Origin: an uncultured Desulfovibrio sp.
GTDB lineage: Bacteria; Desulfobacterota; Desulfovibrionia; Desulfovibrionales; Desulfovibrionaceae
Reading direction: 5' to 3'
Assembly: GCA_944327095.1 (NCBI GenBank)
Contig: CALVGM010000119.1
Span: forward strand, 1-61,561
DNA length: 61,561 nt
This document shows, one piece after another, positions 56,474-61,561 of this stretch (its first letter is position 1; each line of letters begins with the position of its first letter). The position numbers and the translations under genes are program-made. Under the pieces are notes generated by a model that had not been told where the DNA came from, did no database searches, and worked only from the letters and a program-made list of their open reading frames with translations.

Positions 56474-57136
56474 CTATATCTGTATGTCGCAGGCCAGATT
56501 CTGGCCCAGATGCCTGGCCATGGCCTCCTCTATGGCCTTGGCCTGCAAATAGGATACCCGAATGCTTTTTCTGTGCTCCTCTGTCTTGCCGTAGCGGTCG
56601 AGCAGATCCTCGAAACGCTCTTCCAGAGACACAAAGGTATCGTGTCTGGCCCTCTTGTCCGCGTAGAGAATGAAAAAGGGCAAGGAACACATCCTGGCAG
56701 CATCGTCCACAGGCAGCTTCCAGGGCCAGTACACGTGGTGGAAAACGCCCCGTGCGAGCTCCTGGTTGCCCGTTTCCTGCACCACCCAGGAGGCGCCAAG
56801 CTCTGCATGGGCCCCTCCGTGGCGCAGGCAGTAGGTCTTGGCAAGATCGTGCAGCAGGGCGGACGCGCGCACAGCCTCCACATTCACTGGCAGTCCCAGG
56901 GACCCTGCCCTCTTGGCAAGCGCAGTGGCAACGCCTGCCACCACCCTGGAATGTGCGCGAATGTTGTCCAGCATTTCGTACTTGTCCCAGAGTCTGCGGC
57001 AGCCCTCGTCGTCCGGGACAATGCCCCGCATGTGCACAGGATCCGCGAGGTCAAGCTCGGGAATGCCCTTCAGGGGATAGTCCGGGATCTCGACCCTTGC
57101 GGGATTCTCCAGTCTTGGCAGTCTGTGCGTCAACAT
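56474..57136 (-). CDS. HD(IG)-domain metal-dependent phosphohydrolase
   Basis: NIRAHS, LLHDLAK, HAELGA, HHV and YADKR motifs. Confidence 0.85.
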   Translation of the reverse strand: MLTHRLPRLENPARVEIPDYPLKGIPELDLADPVHMRGIVPDDEGCRRLWDKYEMLDNIRAHSRVVAGVATALAKRAGSLGLPVNVEAVRASALLHDLAKTYCLRHGGAHAELGASWVVQETGNQELARGVFHHVYWPWKLPVDDAARMCSLPFFILYADKRARHDTFVSLEERFEDLLDRYGKTEEHRKSIRVSYLQAKAIEEAMARHLGQNLACDIQI

Positions 57137-57140
57137 GGCT

Positions 57141-58559
<1,419 letters not shown>

Positions 58560-58875
58560 GTCACCACCCTGGCGCGTCGCATGCGTTGTCCCAAGACAGG
58601 GGCATGCAACTTCCCTGTACTGCCTGCCCGCGCCCTGCGCAAACCTAGCAGTTCGCTTCTAAATGATATTTGAGCCCATGTCCAAGGTCCAGACAATTTT
58701 GCCAAAGGCTAATGAAAACCAATGTCGCTGCCGTGGGCACAAGGACACAAAAAAAGACGTCCGGATTTTGCGGGAAGGCCGGAAGGCTCTGCTTCCAGCC
58801 CCTTGCAAAACCCGGACGCCCGGACAGATGTGGCTGCCACCTGGAAAACCCCCTTTTTCAGCCTGGGGTTCTCTT

Positions 58876-59823
58876 TTAGTGGGGTATGTGATGCCTGTCC
58901 TTCAGCACGCGATGGGCGTACTTGAGGAGCTTTTTGTAGGCCACGTTGTCAAGGGACGTCTCGCCCATGAGATAGGGCCTGTCCAGAAATTCGTATTTTT
59001 GCGTGCCAAGCCTGTGGTAGGGCAGCATTTCGTACTGCACATGATCGCCCAAGGGCTCGATGAACTCGGCTATGGCTGTCACTGCCTCGGGAGTGTCGTT
59101 GAAGCCCGGGACAATGGGCGTGCGCACCAGGATGGGCGTGTCGGGATACTCGACGCAGAAGGCCTTGAGGTTGCTCAGAATGTGCTCGTTGGGAAGGCCG
59201 GTCATTTCCTTGTGCTTGGCGCTGTCCATGCTCTTGATGTCAAAGAGCACGTAGTTCAGATGCTTGCCGGCCTCGAGCAGGACGTCCTGCTCGCACATGC
59301 CACAGGTTTCCACAGCTGTGCGGATGAAGCGGGCCCTGGCCTCGCGCAAGAGCGCCAGAGCAAACTTGCCCTGCAAAAAGGGCTCACCACCGGAGAGGGT
59401 CATGCCACCGCCGCTCCTGGCGTAGAAGGGCGCGTCCTGCTCCACAACCTTCATGACCTCGTCCACAGTCTGCAGCTTGCCGTAGATGTTGAGGCCCTGG
59501 GCAGGACAGGCGTGGGCACAGGCAAGATCCGTGCAGTCCTTGCACAGCTCGCGCCTGATGGCCACCTTGGTGCCATCGCTGTACACAGCGCCCCTTGGAC
59601 AGGCGTCCATGCAAAAATGGCACTTGTCCGTTCCGATGCAGCGGTTGTTGTTCACAGCAACCTGGGGATGGGTTTCCTGTGATTCCGGATTGCTGCACCA
59701 CCTGCAGCGCAAATGGCAGCCCTTCAAAAAGGCTATTGTTCTGATGCCCGGACCATCGTGGACAGAGTACTTCTGTATGTTGAAGACATAGCCTGTGGTC
59801 TTTTTGTCCTCTATTCTGCTCAC
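58876..59823 (-). CDS. islB: Glycyl-radical enzyme activating enzyme (radical SAM with ferredoxin insert), IslB-like
   Basis: HDGPGIRT, CHLRCRWCSNPES, additional Cys clusters and GGMTLSGGEP. GTG start at 59823 with GGAGG RBS. Confidence 0.85.
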   Translation of the reverse strand: MSRIEDKKTTGYVFNIQKYSVHDGPGIRTIAFLKGCHLRCRWCSNPESQETHPQVAVNNNRCIGTDKCHFCMDACPRGAVYSDGTKVAIRRELCKDCTDLACAHACPAQGLNIYGKLQTVDEVMKVVEQDAPFYARSGGGMTLSGGEPFLQGKFALALLREARARFIRTAVETCGMCEQDVLLEAGKHLNYVLFDIKSMDSAKHKEMTGLPNEHILSNLKAFCVEYPDTPILVRTPIVPGFNDTPEAVTAIAEFIEPLGDHVQYEMLPYHRLGTQKYEFLDRPYLMGETSLDNVAYKKLLKYAHRVLKDRHHIPH

Positions 59824-60002
59824 AGCAGGACCTCCCTCTGGGTCGTTGAAGATGCTTGTTCCTGCCTTGTGCGGTACCAGGGTGCGCAGCCGGCAAAAAT
59901 CCGTCAATACACTGCAAGGACCTGTTCCCTCTGCGAAAGAACAGGTCCTTTCAGATTTTTTTGCATGGCCCGGCATCTGCCGGGCCTGCCTATGAGATGA
60001 AA

Positions 60003-61561
60003 CTAGATGGAATCGTGCACGGTACGGGCAATAAGGTCATTCTGCAGGTCGGGAGAGAGATCCACGAAGTAGGCGCTGTAGCCGGCGATGCGGACAATGA
60101 GGTTGCGGTACTTGGCGGGATCCTTCTGGGCCTTCAGAAGGGTATCGGCATTGATGACGTTGAACTGCACATGCCACAGCTTCAGGTCGATGAAGGTGCG
60201 GATGAAGGAAACGAGCTTCTCGGTTCCCTGCTCGCCCTCAAGGCACTTGGGCGTGAACTTGATGTTCAGCATGCGGGCAGCGCGGTCGCGCATGCCGTAG
60301 TTCTTGGTGTTGTAGTTGGACAGAAGAACTGCGGTGGGGCCGTTGACGTCTGCGCCGTGGGAGGCCGAGGACCCGTCGGACAGCGGGAACCAGTCCACGC
60401 GGCCGTTGGGGGTAGCGCTCACAACCTTGCCGAAGGGCACATGGGAGGTGAAGGGCACATAGCGCACGTCGTTGTGGATGCCAAGGTCCTTCATGCTGTA
60501 CTTGTTGCCGTATTCCACGCTGATGTGGTCAATGGCGCGGCCGATGGAGTCTGCGTACTCGTCGTTGTTGCCGTAGCAGGGAGCGGACTTGAGCAGGGCC
60601 TTCACGTCTTCATAGCCCTCGAAGTTGGCGTCCAGGGCCTTGATGAGCTGATCCATGGTCAGCTTCTTGTCCTCGAAGACCAGCTTCTTCACTGCGCACA
60701 GGGAGTCAACCACGGTGCCGAGGCCCATGTACTCGAAGTAGCCGAAGTCAATGCCTTCGGGGATGTGCTCCTGATGCAGGTCGATGCAGTACTTCATGGC
60801 CAGGTCGTGCATGGCGGAGAGCATGGGCACTGCAAAGTGGCGAGCGCGCAGCTTGTTGATGATGTACTGCTGGATGAAGGCAGTGCGCAGGAAGAGCATG
60901 TGCTGCTGCACATAGGCGTTCCAGAACTCGTCCCAGGTCTTGAAGTTGCGAGGATCGCCGGTCTCGACGCCGAGGAGCTGGTCGCCGTACTTCTTCATGC
61001 GGCCGTTGCGCAGCACCATTTCCACTGCAGCGGCAAAGTTCACATAGGCGCCGCCGGAGGTGTAGGTGTCGCGGTTGGGCATGCGGGCTTCGGTGCAGCC
61101 GGAAACAGCGTAGTCAAAGGCCTCTTCGAAGGTAGCGCCCTTGGACACGTACAGGGGCACGACTTCCTCGTCGTTGATGAGCTTGGGGAAGCCGGAGCCG
61201 TACTTGATGGTCTCGGCCACATCCCACAGGTAGCTCTCGGGGCAGCCGCTGTGCACGCGGCCAGCGAGGTGCGGGTCGTGCAGCGGGGATTCACGCTTGG
61301 AGCGGAGGATGAGGTGGGTCAGCTCGTTGGTGGCGTCACGGCCGTCCGGAGTCTGGCCGCCGACGGTCACAGCCTCCCAGTGGGCATAGCCTTCGTTGAA
61401 GGCGCCGCCGGTGGGGGAGATGTACATGTCGATGAATTCGGCCATGCCGACCCACATGCACTCCAGGATTTCCAGGGCCTTGTCCTCGGTGATCTTGCCG
61501 GCTTCGATGTCGGCCTTGTAGTAGGGGTAGAAGTACTGGTCCATGCGGCCGTTGGAAATGG
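60003..61561 (-). CDS. islA: Glycyl radical enzyme, most likely isethionate sulfite-lyase (5' partial)
   Basis: [31 protein letters not shown] (Cys loop), [12 protein letters not shown] and RIAGYSAYF (Gly loop) closely match Bilophila/Desulfovibrio IslA as recalled. Confidence 0.82.
   Translation of the reverse strand, partial: ISNGRMDQYFYPYYKADIEAGKITEDKALEILECMWVGMAEFIDMYISPTGGAFNEGYAHWEAVTVGGQTPDGRDATNELTHLILRSKRESPLHDPHLAGRVHSGCPESYLWDVAETIKYGSGFPKLINDEEVVPLYVSKGATFEEAFDYAVSGCTEARMPNRDTYTSGGAYVNFAAAVEMVLRNGRMKKYGDQLLGVETGDPRNFKTWDEFWNAYVQQHMLFLRTAFIQQYIINKLRARHFAVPMLSAMHDLAMKYCIDLHQEHIPEGIDFGYFEYMGLGTVVDSLCAVKKLVFEDKKLTMDQLIKALDANFEGYEDVKALLKSAPCYGNNDEYADSIGRAIDHISVEYGNKYSMKDLGIHNDVRYVPFTSHVPFGKVVSATPNGRVDWFPLSDGSSASHGADVNGPTAVLLSNYNTKNYGMRDRAARMLNIKFTPKCLEGEQGTEKLVSFIRTFIDLKLWHVQFNVINADTLLKAQKDPAKYRNLIVRIAGYSAYFVDLSPDLQNDLIARTVHDSI

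Noticed and set aside
61230-61310. Cluster of unusual residues in IslA ([21 protein letters not shown] versus recalled REFPLHYPDLAARIHS..PER)
   Set aside because: Several substitutions confined to a short stretch near the sequence end are best explained by low-coverage base errors, not new enzyme chemistry.

Overview
GC-rich chromosomal segment, most consistent with a Desulfovibrionaceae (Desulfovibrio-like) bacterium. This assignment is inferred from gene content: an isethionate sulfite-lyase-like glycyl radical enzyme, rubrerythrin, a ferredoxin-YkgJ-TPR cluster, a TauE/DUF4881/DVU0150-like operon, a stand-alone IMP cyclohydrolase and three sigma-54-type activators. About 49 protein genes are present, mostly on the minus strand. 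Housekeeping genes include argF (3' partial, with an in-frame TGA), uvrA, trmH, uvrC, pgi, proC, ctpA, speA, purH (N-domain only), hflX, cobT, hflC/hflK, xth, an HtrA-type protease and ddl, plus islA/islB at the right edge. Defence-type accessory loci are interspersed: a decayed AbiEii-type toxin-antitoxin pair, a GmrSD (DUF262-DUF1524) nuclease and a type III restriction-modification pair. The most unusual features are: (1) a ~943-aa protein made of six tandem, diversified YchJ (SEC-C zinc knuckle + NTF2-like) modules next to a single-module paralog with a near-identical tail; (2) an unannotated 23-aa hydrophobic peptide gene in a highly structured RNA locus resembling a type I toxin-antitoxin system; (3) an apparent ATT start codon for hflX; (4) an NtrC-family regulator lacking GAFTGA, preceded by an 8-bp-periodic AT-rich array; (5) a phage-type nucleotidyltransferase with no phage context. 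No tRNA, rRNA, CRISPR array, transposase or integrase was recognised. All family assignments come from motif recognition; no database searches were run.
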